Positions 10,486-20,038 of a DNA stretch of 64,000 nt are shown piece after piece (the stretch's first letter is position 1; each line of letters begins with the position of its first letter). The notes under the pieces were generated by a model, which was not told the DNA's origin, searched no databases, and saw nothing but the letters and a program-made list of their open reading frames with translations. The stretch comes from an uncultured Chloroflexia bacterium (GTDB lineage Bacteria; Chloroflexota; Limnocylindria; QHBO01). The DNA lies in assembly GCA_963827475.1 (NCBI GenBank), contig CAWHAZ010000002.1, forward strand, positions 64,001 through 128,000. The letters run 5' to 3'. The position numbers and the translations under genes are program-made.

Positions 10486-12612
10486 ATGGCCCCTCGCCGC
10501 GCCGACCAGCCCGCGACCGAGCCCGCAACCGCCGCCGACCTGGTGCGGGCGCAGGCGGTCCTGGAGTCGTTCGACCCGACCCCCGACGGCAGCCAGGTCG
10601 TGGTCGGGATCCGCCGGGTCCACGGCAACGCGTACCGATCACACCTGTGGGTGGTCCCGGCCGACGGCGGTCGGCCGCGACGACTGACCGATGGCGCGGT
10701 CCGCGACACCGGGCCGCGGGTCTCGCCCGACGGCGAGTGGGTGGCCTTCGTCCGGGCGCCGTCCCGGCAGCCCGGGGCGAAGGGCGACGGCAGTGACGAT
10801 GTCGGGCAGGCCTGGCTCCTCTCCCTGGAGCGGGGGCGGCCCCGACGGCTGACGACGCTCAAGCACGGCGTGGACTCGGTGCACTGGAGCCCCGACTGCC
10901 GGTCCCTTGCCCTGCTGGGGCCGGCTGGCGAGCCGCGCTTCGTGGTGGGCCCGGGACGGGACGGGGTGGAGCCGGTGGCACGGCACATCACCGGGACCGA
11001 TTGGCGCGACGACGCGTCGGGCCTGGTCGGCCGCCGAACGCACCTGTGGGTCCTGGATGCCACCCACCGCGGCCGCCGGGGCCCGCTCCAGCTGACCAGC
11101 GGGGACTTCGACGTCGCCAACCCCGCCTGGTCGCCGGACAGCCGGTGGATCGCGTTCGATGCCGACATGGAGCCGGACTGGAACATCCGGTACCGATACC
11201 GGATCTTCCGCGTGCCGGCCAAGGGCGGCGAGGTCACCGAGCTGGTGGGCCTGAAGGGTGACGCCCGCGCGCCGTCGTTCTCGCCGGACGGGAAGTGGCT
11301 GGCCTTTCTCGGGACGGACGTTGACGATCCGACCGTCGCCGACCCGGAGCGGGTCTGGCTCGCGACCGCTGCGGGACAGGGAGCAAGGTGCCTGACGCCG
11401 GAGCTCGACGACGGGATCGGCGGCTGGGCCTGGGCGGACCTGGCCATGGCCGAGGAGGTCGAGGCGCCGCAATGGGAGGATGCCGGCCATCTGCTGGTCA
11501 CCGTCGGGCGGCGGGGCCGAGTCCTGCCGTACCGCGTCTCGGTGCCCGGGAACGGGCTCGAGCCCCTGCTGGACGAGAACACGCGCCTGATCGCCGGGAC
11601 CCTGACCGCCCGGAACGGCCGCCGGTTCATGAGCGCCGCGCTCGACGGACAGGCCTCCGACCTGTACGAGCTGGCCGATGGCGAGCCGCGGCGGCTCACC
11701 GACCTCGGCTCACGGTGGGAGGCCCGCTTCCGGCGGTTCACCCTCGACGAGCTGGAGGTGCCGACGCCCGCCGGGCCAATCCAGGTCTGGGTCGCCTCGC
11801 CGGCCGGCGCCGGTGAGCGGCCGCTTCCCACCATCCTCCACTTCCACGGCGGTCCGAACGGGGCGTGGGGACCGGGCGGGACGATGGACAGCCTCAACCT
11901 GACCGCGCATGGCTACCGGGTCGCCATGCCGAACATCCGCGGCTCCACGACCCACGGATCGGCCTGGATCCGTGACCACATGGGAAGGTGGGGCGAGGCG
12001 GACGCGGAGGACGTCATGGCCGTGGCCGACGCCCTCGTCCAGCGCGGACTGGCGGACGAGCACCGGATGGGCCTGATGGGCCTGTCCTACGGCGGCTTCC
12101 TGACCCAGTGGATGGCGGGCTTCACCGATCGGTTCGCGGCGGCGGTCGCCGAGAACGGGGTCGGCAACGTGCTGGCGGACTGGGGCGAGGCGTACTTCGG
12201 GGTCCACTACGGCCGGCAGTACGGCCAGGGAGATCCCCTGACCGAAGAGGGGGCCGCCGAGCTGTGGCGCCAGTCACCGCTGCGGATTGCCTCGAAGATC
12301 AAGACTCCCCTGCTCCTCCTCCAGGCCGAGGAGGACCGCAACTGCCCGCCCGGGGCGAACGAGCAGCTCTTCGTCGCGCTCAAGGTGCTCGGCCGTGAGA
12401 CGGAGTACGTGCTCTACCCCGAGGAGCACCACGAGATGAAGAACTACGGCCGGCCCGACCGGCGCATCGACCGCATGCAGCGCCACCTCGAGTGGTTCGA
12501 CCGACACCTGCGCCGGCGCCAGCCGGCGCCATCGGTCAGGCGGAAGGCGGCGGTGGGACCGAAGGCGGAGGCGACTTCCGGGCGAGCCGCTGGGCGAGCC
12601 CGCCCACGGTGA
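10486..12612 (+). CDS. S9 family peptidase (dipeptidyl aminopeptidase/acylaminoacyl peptidase) with PD40 beta-propeller repeats
   Basis: Repeated (W/F/V)SPD motifs; HGGP, GLSYGG nucleophile, EEDRNC and EEHH; start at 10486 lies 9 nt after CATACT. Confidence 0.9.
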   Translation: MAPRRADQPATEPATAADLVRAQAVLESFDPTPDGSQVVVGIRRVHGNAYRSHLWVVPADGGRPRRLTDGAVRDTGPRVSPDGEWVAFVRAPSRQPGAKGDGSDDVGQAWLLSLERGRPRRLTTLKHGVDSVHWSPDCRSLALLGPAGEPRFVVGPGRDGVEPVARHITGTDWRDDASGLVGRRTHLWVLDATHRGRRGPLQLTSGDFDVANPAWSPDSRWIAFDADMEPDWNIRYRYRIFRVPAKGGEVTELVGLKGDARAPSFSPDGKWLAFLGTDVDDPTVADPERVWLATAAGQGARCLTPELDDGIGGWAWADLAMAEEVEAPQWEDAGHLLVTVGRRGRVLPYRVSVPGNGLEPLLDENTRLIAGTLTARNGRRFMSAALDGQASDLYELADGEPRRLTDLGSRWEARFRRFTLDELEVPTPAGPIQVWVASPAGAGERPLPTILHFHGGPNGAWGPGGTMDSLNLTAHGYRVAMPNIRGSTTHGSAWIRDHMGRWGEADAEDVMAVADALVQRGLADEHRMGLMGLSYGGFLTQWMAGFTDRFAAAVAENGVGNVLADWGEAYFGVHYGRQYGQGDPLTEEGAAELWRQSPLRIASKIKTPLLLLQAEEDRNCPPGANEQLFVALKVLGRETEYVLYPEEHHEMKNYGRPDRRIDRMQRHLEWFDRHLRRRQPAPSVRRKAAVGPKAEATSGRAAGRARPR

Positions 12613-13108
12613 GGGCCAGCCCGAGGGCGATGATCGCCAGCGCCCCGATGAGCCGGAACGCCTCCCCGCCGAAGGCCGTGGCCAGCGCCAGGTAGGCGAT
12701 CACCGCGGCGGCACTGAGGCCGAAGCCGATCCACTTGAACGCGGGGGCATCGGCCAGCCAGCCGGCGGCGTACAGGCCGAGCCCGAGACTGAACGGCACG
12801 ACCGTCCACAGCGTCGCCCACTCGTCCCACTCGTCGTTCAGGCTGGTGTACAGCAGCGTGCCGCCGATGAGGAGGAGCATGACCCCGGGGATGACCATCC
12901 CTGCCCGCAGCCGGCGCGAGAGGCGGGAGATGAAGATCGGAACGAGGAAGAACAGCGATCCAAGGACCAGGAGCAGGGGCCACCAGGTCAGGAGGTCGGT
13001 GTCGAAGCCGTACTGGGCGAACCACTCCCCGATCCAGGTGGAGCTGAGGACCACGATGCCGATGACCAGCAGCATCAGGCCAATGGTCAGCTCCAGGGTC
13101 CGGCTCAC
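12536..13108 (-). CDS. Hypothetical membrane protein (LiaF/LiaI-like TM region)
   Basis: About six TM helices; WWPLLLVLG motif; TATACT 7 nt upstream of GTG. Confidence 0.7.
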   Translation of the reverse strand: MSRTLELTIGLMLLVIGIVVLSSTWIGEWFAQYGFDTDLLTWWPLLLVLGSLFFLVPIFISRLSRRLRAGMVIPGVMLLLIGGTLLYTSLNDEWDEWATLWTVVPFSLGLGLYAAGWLADAPAFKWIGFGLSAAAVIAYLALATAFGGEAFRLIGALAIIALGLALTVGGLAQRLARKSPPPSVPPPPSA

Positions 13109-13129
13109 GGGCGGGAGTATAGAGGCGGG

Positions 13130-14327
13130 CTAGGCCTCGCCCTCCCAGGCGGGCTGGGGCATCCGGAGCGGCTTGTCGGATCGGTAGCCGAGCAGGTAGT
13201 CCGCCTGCATGACGGTGTGGATCTGGCTCGTGCCCTCGTAGATGACCGAGCCCTTGGAGTTGCGCAGGTAGCGCTCGACCGGGTACTCGTCCGAGTAGCC
13301 GTAGGCCCCGTGGACCTGGATGGCGTCCATCGCGCTCTGCACCGCGTGGTCGGTGCAGAACCACTTCGCCAGGCTCGTCTCTCGCGTGGAACGCTCGCCG
13401 CGGTTCTTCATCCAGCCCGCCTTCCACACCAGCAGCCGGCCGGCCTGGATCCCGGCCTCCATCTTGGCCAGCATCTGCTTGACCAGCTGGTGACGGCCGA
13501 TCTCCTCCCCGAAGGTCTTCCGCTCGTGCGCGTACTTGACCGATGCGTCCAGGCACGCGACGGCGAGCCCGACACTCCCCGCGGCGACGGTGTAGCGGCC
13601 CTGGTCGATCGCGCTCATCGCGATCGTGAAGCCCTCCCCCTCCTCCCCGACCCGGTTGGCGACGGGCACCTCGCAGTCGGAGAAGTACAGGATCCCGGTG
13701 TTGCCGGCGCGGACGCCGAGCTTGCCGTGAAGCGACTCGGTGCTGAACCCCGGAAACCCGCGCTCGACGATGAAGGCCGTGATCCCCTTGTGCCCCGCGG
13801 CCTTGTCGACGGTGGCGAAGACGAGGAAATGGTCCGCCGTGTCGGCCAGGCTGATCCAGACCTTGCTGCCGTTCAGGAGGTATCGGTCTCCATCCCGGCG
13901 GGCGGTGGTGGACAGGTTGGCGGCGTCACTGCCGACCCCGGGCTCGGTCAGCCCGAACGTGGCGAGCTTCTCGCCGCGGGCCTGCGGGGCGAGGTACTGC
14001 TCCTTCTGCTCCTCGGATCGCCCACTGGAGGAGGGTCAGCGAGTTCAGCCCGGTGTGCACGCTGAGGATGACCCGGAACGCGGTGTCGGCCCGCTCCATC
14101 TCCTCGCACAGCCCGGCGAAGGCGATGTAGTCCATGCCCGACCCGCCATAGCGCTCGGGGATGGGCAGGCCCAGGAAGCCGGTCGAGCCCATTTTTTCGT
14201 ACAGGGATCGGTCATAGGTCGAGGTCGAGTCCAGCTCGTGGATGCGGGGCAGGATCTCGCGCTCGGCGAACGCGCGGGCCGTGCGCTGGACGTCGCGCTG
14301 CTCATCGGTCAGGGAGAAGTCGACCAT
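13130..14327 (-). CDS. Acyl-CoA dehydrogenase, one frameshift near 14020
   Basis: [28 protein letters not shown] and IYEGTSQIH. Confidence 0.9.
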
Positions 14328-14419
14328 CGGTCCGCGATTCTATCCGGCTCGCCCGGCGATCCACCGGCGTTGCGACCAGGCCACGCGGCCGGGCAAATTC
14401 CGATGGTGAGCGTCGGGTA

Positions 14420-14448
14420 TTGACGCGTTCGACCGCCGCGCCTAGCAT
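14420..14448 (+). promoter_or_regulatory. Sigma70-type promoter of the iron permease
   Basis: TTGACG (14420-14425), 17-bp spacer, TAGCAT (14443-14448). Confidence 0.6.
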
Positions 14449-14511
14449 GATCCGGGCGCAGAACCGGCCGCCGATGGACCGGAACGCAACCCCTCCACAC
14501 GGGAGCCACCG

Positions 14512-15402
14512 ATGGATCTTGGTGCCTTCACATCCGGTCTGCTCACGGGTCTCCGTGAGGGCGTCGAGGCGGCGCTGATCGTGGCCATCATCCTGGCCTA
14601 CCTCGACAAGACCGGAAACCGGCGCTACTTCCAACGGGTGTGGATCGGGGTTGGTGCGGCGGTCGCACTGAGCGTGGTGGCCGGCATCGCCCTGTGGGTG
14701 AGCATCGGCGGGCTGCCGGAGCCGGCGGAGCAGATCTTCGAGGCGGTGGCCATGATCGCGGCCGCCGGAGTGGTGACCTGGATGCTGTTCTGGATGCGCC
14801 GCGTCGCGGCCAACATGCGGGGCGAGCTGGAAGCGAGGGTCGACCGATCGCTGACCGAGGGCGCCGCGTGGGGCCTGTCCCTGCTCGCGTTCACCGCCGT
14901 CATCCGCGAGGGGATCGAGACCTCGCTGTTCCTCATGGCCCAGGCCTCGGCCGCGTCGTCCGCCGAGGCGGGGGCGGTGGCCGTCCTGACCGGGGCGGTG
15001 GTCGGCCTGCTGATCGCGGTCGCCATCGGCTTTGGCTTCTACCGCGGGGCCCGGGTCCTCAACCTGCGGACCTTCTTCCGCTGGACGGGCGTGGCCCTCA
15101 TCTTCATCGCCGCCGGCCTGCTGAGCCACGCCGTCCACGAGCTGGTCGAGATCGGGGTCATCACCTTCGGCACCGAGACCGCGTTCGACATCAGCGGCAT
15201 CCTGCCCCACGAGGGCGAGGGCTTCCTGGCCCTGATCGGCAGCCTGCTGCGCGCGCTGTTCGGCTACACCTCGACCCCGGAGTGGATCACGTTCCTCACC
15301 TGGCTCGGCTACATCGTGATCGTGCTGCCGCTCTACCTGCGGCCGGTCAAGCCGGCAGAGGCCACCACGCGGCCGGCGGAGCAGACGACCGCCCGAGCCT
15401 GA
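14512..15402 (+). CDS. efeU: FTR1/EfeU-family iron permease
   Basis: Two REXXE motifs (REGVE, REGIE); about seven TM helices. Confidence 0.88.
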   Translation: MDLGAFTSGLLTGLREGVEAALIVAIILAYLDKTGNRRYFQRVWIGVGAAVALSVVAGIALWVSIGGLPEPAEQIFEAVAMIAAAGVVTWMLFWMRRVAANMRGELEARVDRSLTEGAAWGLSLLAFTAVIREGIETSLFLMAQASAASSAEAGAVAVLTGAVVGLLIAVAIGFGFYRGARVLNLRTFFRWTGVALIFIAAGLLSHAVHELVEIGVITFGTETAFDISGILPHEGEGFLALIGSLLRALFGYTSTPEWITFLTWLGYIVIVLPLYLRPVKPAEATTRPAEQTTARA

Positions 15403-15414
15403 CTCGGTCGGCGG

Positions 15415-16185
15415 TCAGTCCGAGACCGCGACCCCGACGAAGTTCAGCACCCGGCGCCATGCGTCCTGCGCGGCGTCGGCATGCTCGGCCGCGGTCCGAT
15501 CGAAGAAGGAGTGCGGGGCTCCGGGGTAGGTAACCAGCTCGTGGTCGATCCCGGCCACTTTCAGCGCTTCGTCGAAGGCGGTGATGGACTCGGGGGTGAT
15601 CCCCTCATCCGCGCCACCGAACAGGCCGAGCACCGGGCACCTGAACGCAGGCACTCTCGCAACCGGCTCGGGCAGGCCCGCTCGCCCCGGTCCGGCCACC
15701 GAGCCATAGAAGCCGATGACGCCGGCCAGGCCATGCCCCTCCCCGGCCTGCACGAACGAGGCCCGGCCGCCGAAACAGAAGCCCATGGTGTAGACCCGCT
15801 CGACGGCCCCGAGCTCCGGCGTCCGCATGGCCTCGACCGCGGCTCGGACGTCGGCGGAGATCGTCTCGTGCTGCGCGCGCTCGACGTGGGGCATGAACTC
15901 GAAGTCCGCTCCCCGGTGGCCCGGGCCTGCGGTCCGCGCGTACAGGTCAAGGGCGAGGGCATGGACGCCGGCCTCCCCCAGCCGGTTGGCGAGGTCCTCG
16001 TAGAACGGATGCAGGCCGCGGACGTCGGGCAGGATCACGATCCCCGGCCCGCCGGGCGCGGCCGCCACCGCGGCGTGCGCCGCGAAGCGGGTGCCGTCGG
16101 CGGAGATGAGCTCGAGATCCCGGGCATCGATCGCGCCGCCGCGGATTGGCGGCAGAGGCGGTCGCGCGTCCGTGGGATGGCACAT
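15415..16185 (-). CDS. Dienelactone hydrolase family protein
   Basis: GFCFGG nucleophile; GGADEG; YPGAPHSF. Confidence 0.9.
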   Translation of the reverse strand: MCHPTDARPPLPPIRGGAIDARDLELISADGTRFAAHAAVAAAPGGPGIVILPDVRGLHPFYEDLANRLGEAGVHALALDLYARTAGPGHRGADFEFMPHVERAQHETISADVRAAVEAMRTPELGAVERVYTMGFCFGGRASFVQAGEGHGLAGVIGFYGSVAGPGRAGLPEPVARVPAFRCPVLGLFGGADEGITPESITAFDEALKVAGIDHELVTYPGAPHSFFDRTAAEHADAAQDAWRRVLNFVGVAVSD

Positions 16186-16193
16186 CGGTCAGG

Positions 16194-17349
16194 TCAGGCC
16201 AGGGTGCCGCTCATCACCACCCAGGTGCCGACGACGAGGAGAGCGGCCACCCCGAGGTAGATCACCACGCGCAGGTACATCGAGGTGCTCTTGATCACCG
16301 CTCCGCTGGCGGCCTGCCACTGGCCGGCCAGGGTGAAGGCCGGCGAGGGCGGCAGGAGCCAGCCGAGGAGCAGGCCCACGGCCAGGCCGCCGATGTGGCC
16401 GGTGATGCTGATGCCGGGGAAGAAGAACGTGAACGCGAGGTTGATGACCAGCAGCGATCCGATCTGGCCGAGCACCGCCCGCGTCTGCCGGGGCAGGGCG
16501 AGGTGCCGCCGGCGGGACACGGCGAAGGCAAGGCCGAGCAAGCCGAAGATCGCGCCACTGGCCCCCACCGCCGAGCTGGTCGGGGGCGACGAGGATGGTA
16601 AGGACCGATCCTCCCGCCGCGCAGAGGAGGTAGATGGCGAGGTACTCGATATGTCCGTACAGCTGCTCGAGGAGCGGGCCGAAGAGGTAGAGGGCCCACA
16701 TGTTCAGCGCAAGGTGGAGGATCCCGAGGTGAAGGAACGCGCTGGTCAGGATCCGCCACCACTCCCCCGCTGCCACTGCGTCGGCGCTGACGTAGCCAGC
16801 CGCGAGGAGCGGACCTTCGCTCGACATCAGGCCCAGCCCGGCCATTCCGCTGAGGAACGCATCAATCGCGAATACGCCGACGTTCGCGCCGATCAGGATC
16901 CAGGTGACGAGCGGCGTGTACGTTGCGTAGGCGCCGCGGGAGCGGTTGAACTCGCGGCGAGCCGTGAAGTCGTGGCCCGTCTCCTTGGCCAGCCACGCCA
17001 GCCGGCTGGCGATCGCCGGCCGCTCGTCGGGCGGCGCTCGACGGTCCGCCTCCTTGTACGACTCCATCGCAGCGGTCAGATCGCCGTCGCGGACCTGCTG
17101 CTCGGCGACCGATCGCCACCCGATCCACGATGCGGCGCCCTCCGACCGGGCGGCCTCCATCCAGCCGTGCAGGGCTCCGGCCTCGTCATCGGTTCGATAC
17201 CGAGCCGAGCCGGTGATCATCCAGGCGGCGCCGGCGATCTCCGGATCCTGGGATCGGGTGAGCTCGGAGACGGAGGCCATCGCCTGCTCCGGATAGCCCG
17301 AGTCCAGGAGCCGGCGCGCCTCGGCCAGGGTGGCCAGGGGGTCGGACAT
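16194..17349 (-). CDS. TPR-containing rhomboid intramembrane serine protease, frameshift near 16570
   Basis: Helical TPR-like N-terminus; EWWRILTSAFLH and HLALNM; then GASGAIFG and GHIGG in the second frame. Confidence 0.85.
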
Positions 17350-17463
17350 GCCGGCGTAGTATGCCGCGCTATGCGAACGACCGCCGGACGGTCGTCCGAC
17401 GGTCGTTCGCGCCCCCCTGGGGGGAGCCAGCCCGCCCGTCGCCCCGGGCGGTGAGGTATCGGG

Positions 17464-17646
17464 CTACTTGGCCCGGTGCAGGAACTCGACCACGTCTTCG
17501 TACCGGAAGCGGCGGTCTCCGCGCTTCACGACGCGGAAGAATGGCAGCTCTCCGCGGTCGCCCAACCGCTTCACGGTGTTGACGTGGAGGTGCAGCATCT
17601 CGGCCACTTCCGTGGCCGTCAGCAACCGGCCTTCGTTCTGGATCAT
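17464..17646 (-). CDS. Small MerR/Xis-like HTH protein (HTH_17, BldC-like), 60 aa
   Basis: LLTATEVAEMLHLHVNTVKR...GELPFFRV..RGDRRF; AGGA upstream of ATG at 17646. Confidence 0.85.
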   Translation of the reverse strand: MIQNEGRLLTATEVAEMLHLHVNTVKRLGDRGELPFFRVVKRGDRRFRYEDVVEFLHRAK

Positions 17647-17802
17647 CTGGTTCCTGCTGTTCTCCCGCCTACTCTGGTGAGGTATGAGCCGCGCCGGCTC
17701 GGAGGGTGCTGGTCGGCGCGGCTCGTGGCCGGATAGTAGGGTTCCGGTGCCCTGCGGACCCCCGGTACGTTTGGGGAAACGCGGGAGTACATTCGGAGAC
17801 TG

Positions 17803-18243
17803 ATGACGACGCCCGATCCCCCGATCCCGATCTACGAGCGCCACGTCTTCGTGTGTACCGCCGGTGAGTGGTGCCCGGCGGTGGATGGCGACGGGCTCGG
17901 GGTGCACGCCGCGCTGAAGATGCAGGCCGAGGCGGCGGGGCTCGGCGGCCGGGTGCGGATCAACCGCTCGGGCTGCTTCTCGCAGTGCGGCAACGGGCCG
18001 ATGGTCGTCGTCTATCCCGAGGGCGTCTGGTATGCGGCCGTGTCACCGGCCGACGCGCGCGAGATCGTGGATCGCCACCTGGTTCACGGCGAGCCGGTCG
18101 AGCGGCTGCGCTTCGCCCCCGGCACGCCGGGCGCGCACAAGCTCGAGCGCGACCCTGACGGGAGACCCATCGGTCGTGTCGCTCCGTGGCCCTCCCCCGG
18201 CCGGCCGGAACGGAGCGCCGAGGCAGTCCCAGTCGACGACTAG
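17803..18243 (+). CDS. Thioredoxin-like [2Fe-2S] ferredoxin
   Basis: HVFVC..C, SGCFSQCGNGP and VYPEGVWY. Confidence 0.9.
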   Translation: MTTPDPPIPIYERHVFVCTAGEWCPAVDGDGLGVHAALKMQAEAAGLGGRVRINRSGCFSQCGNGPMVVVYPEGVWYAAVSPADAREIVDRHLVHGEPVERLRFAPGTPGAHKLERDPDGRPIGRVAPWPSPGRPERSAEAVPVDD

Positions 18244-19043
18244 ACCCGTGCTCCGGCGACCTCGTCGCCGCTGATCCGCTGAGCGATGTAGACGGGCACG
18301 ACGCTGAAGACGATGAGAACCATGGCCAGCACGTTCACGACCGGCAGCTCCGTCGGGCGCTGCATGGTGGCCAGGACGTAGAGCGGAATCGTCTGCGTGC
18401 CGGCGCCGGCGGTGAACAGGGTGACGATGACCTCGTCGAATGACAGGGCGAATGCAAGCAGAGCGCCGGACAGGAGTGCCGTGCGCATGCCGGGCATCGT
18501 GATCCGGCGGAACGTGATCCAGGTGTCGGCCCCGAGGTCGGCCGACGCCTCCTCCGGTGAGCGTGGCAACCGGCGCAGACGGGCGATGACGTTGTTATAG
18601 GCGATGACCACGCAGAACGTGGCGTGGCCGATGATGATCGTCATCAGTCCGAACGGGATGCCGATGGTCTGGAAAGTCGAACTGAGGGCGATGCCGGTCA
18701 CCACCCCGGGCAGGGCGATGGGCAGGACGAGCAGGAAGCTGATGGAGTCGCGGCCGAAGAACGAGAACCGCTGAACCGCCATCGAGGCCAGCGTCCCGAG
18801 GATCAAGGCGATGGTCGTCGCTCCCAGCGCCGCGAGGACGGAGTTCATGAACGCCTCCGGGATGGCCGAGTTCGCGAGGGCCTCGCCGAACCAGCGCAGG
18901 GTGAACCCGGTTGGCGGCCACTCGTTGAACGGGCTCAAGTTGAAGGCATGGATCACGACCAGGACGAGCGGGAGGTACAGGAAGCCGAGGATCACCCAGG
19001 TGGCGAGCCGCAGGCCAATCCGCACCCAGCGTGACTCAACCAT
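18240..19043 (-). CDS. potC: Polyamine-type ABC permease (PotC-like)
   Basis: EEASADLGA loop; FALSFDE. Confidence 0.85.
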   Translation of the reverse strand: MVESRWVRIGLRLATWVILGFLYLPLVLVVIHAFNLSPFNEWPPTGFTLRWFGEALANSAIPEAFMNSVLAALGATTIALILGTLASMAVQRFSFFGRDSISFLLVLPIALPGVVTGIALSSTFQTIGIPFGLMTIIIGHATFCVVIAYNNVIARLRRLPRSPEEASADLGADTWITFRRITMPGMRTALLSGALLAFALSFDEVIVTLFTAGAGTQTIPLYVLATMQRPTELPVVNVLAMVLIVFSVVPVYIAQRISGDEVAGARV

Positions 19044-19058
19044 CGCCGCCCGCCGAGC

Positions 19059-19967
19059 TCACAGTGAATCGAAGGCGCCCAGCCGCCTCGCGATCAGCAG
19101 GTAGACGATCATGATCACGATCGGCACCATCGAGTACGCCGCGGCGACGGGGAAGTCGCCGAGGGCCGAGTTGTCGTAGATGACGTTGCCGATGAACTTC
19201 GCGTCGCTGACGAGGTCCGGGACGATGTAGTCGCCAAGGGTCAGCGAGAAGGTGAAGATCGAGCCGGCGACCAGGGCCGGAAACACGAGCGGCAGGACGA
19301 CCCGTCGGAACGTCGTCCGCGCCCGGGCGCCGAGGTCTGCCGATGCCTCGAGGAGCGAGCTCGGGACCCGCTCCAGCCCGGCATACAAGGGCAGGATCAT
19401 GTACGGCAGCCACAGGTAGCTGAACACGACCCACGAGTTGACCAGCTCATCGGTCCCGGGGCCCTCCATGCCAAATGGCCCAAGGAACCACGAGAGGAGC
19501 CCGTTGCCCTGGAAGATCGAGCGCCAGGCGAAGATCTTGACCAGGTATGACGCCCAGAGGGGCATGAGGATCGCCACCACCAGCAGCCCCTTCACCCGGC
19601 GGCTGGCCACACGAGCCATGTAGTAGGCGATCGGGAAGGCGAGGATCGCGTCGGTCACGGTCACCAGCAGCGCGATGCCCACCGTCCGGACGGCGATGGT
19701 GCGGTAGACCGGGTTGCCGATGATTTCCTCGAACGCCGCCAGGGACCAGTCGAACGGGTTGACCTTGCCGGTGAAGGAATCGGTCGTCCAGAACGCGTTC
19801 AGGAGAAGGATGGCCAGCGAGCCCAGGTAGACGACCACCAGCCAGAACAGGGGGATTGCCAGAAGCAGCCGCAGCTGCGTGCGCGGCCGCGCGTGGAGCC
19901 AGGTCGCGAACCGTCGCGCGCGGCTCGGCGAGGGCGCCGGGGCGAGAGCCGGGGCGTTGGTGGTCAT
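19059..19967 (-). CDS. potB: Polyamine-type ABC permease (PotB-like)
   Basis: LPYMILPLY; LLEASADLGA. Confidence 0.85.
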   Translation of the reverse strand: MTTNAPALAPAPSPSRARRFATWLHARPRTQLRLLLAIPLFWLVVVYLGSLAILLLNAFWTTDSFTGKVNPFDWSLAAFEEIIGNPVYRTIAVRTVGIALLVTVTDAILAFPIAYYMARVASRRVKGLLVVAILMPLWASYLVKIFAWRSIFQGNGLLSWFLGPFGMEGPGTDELVNSWVVFSYLWLPYMILPLYAGLERVPSSLLEASADLGARARTTFRRVVLPLVFPALVAGSIFTFSLTLGDYIVPDLVSDAKFIGNVIYDNSALGDFPVAAAYSMVPIVIMIVYLLIARRLGAFDSL

Positions 19968-19978
19968 CGGTCAGGCAT

Positions 19979-20010
19979 GAGGCTCCCCGGGGCGGACCCC
20001 GGGGAGCCTC
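19979..20010 (-). terminator. Strong intercistronic hairpin after the substrate-binding gene (mRNA stabiliser or partial terminator)
   Basis: GAGGCTCCCCGGGG-CGGA-CCCCGGGGAGCCTC, perfect 14-bp stem; no U-tract. Confidence 0.6.
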
Positions 20011-20038
20011 GATTCACTCCAGGTCGGCGGGCGGTTCG

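Noticed and set aside
12536-12612. 77-nt convergent overlap of the S9 peptidase and the membrane protein
   Set aside because: Both tails are low-complexity; such overlaps are common in GC-rich genomes.
17464-17646. Excisionase marking a prophage
   Set aside because: Housekeeping neighbours; no integrase or phage genes.
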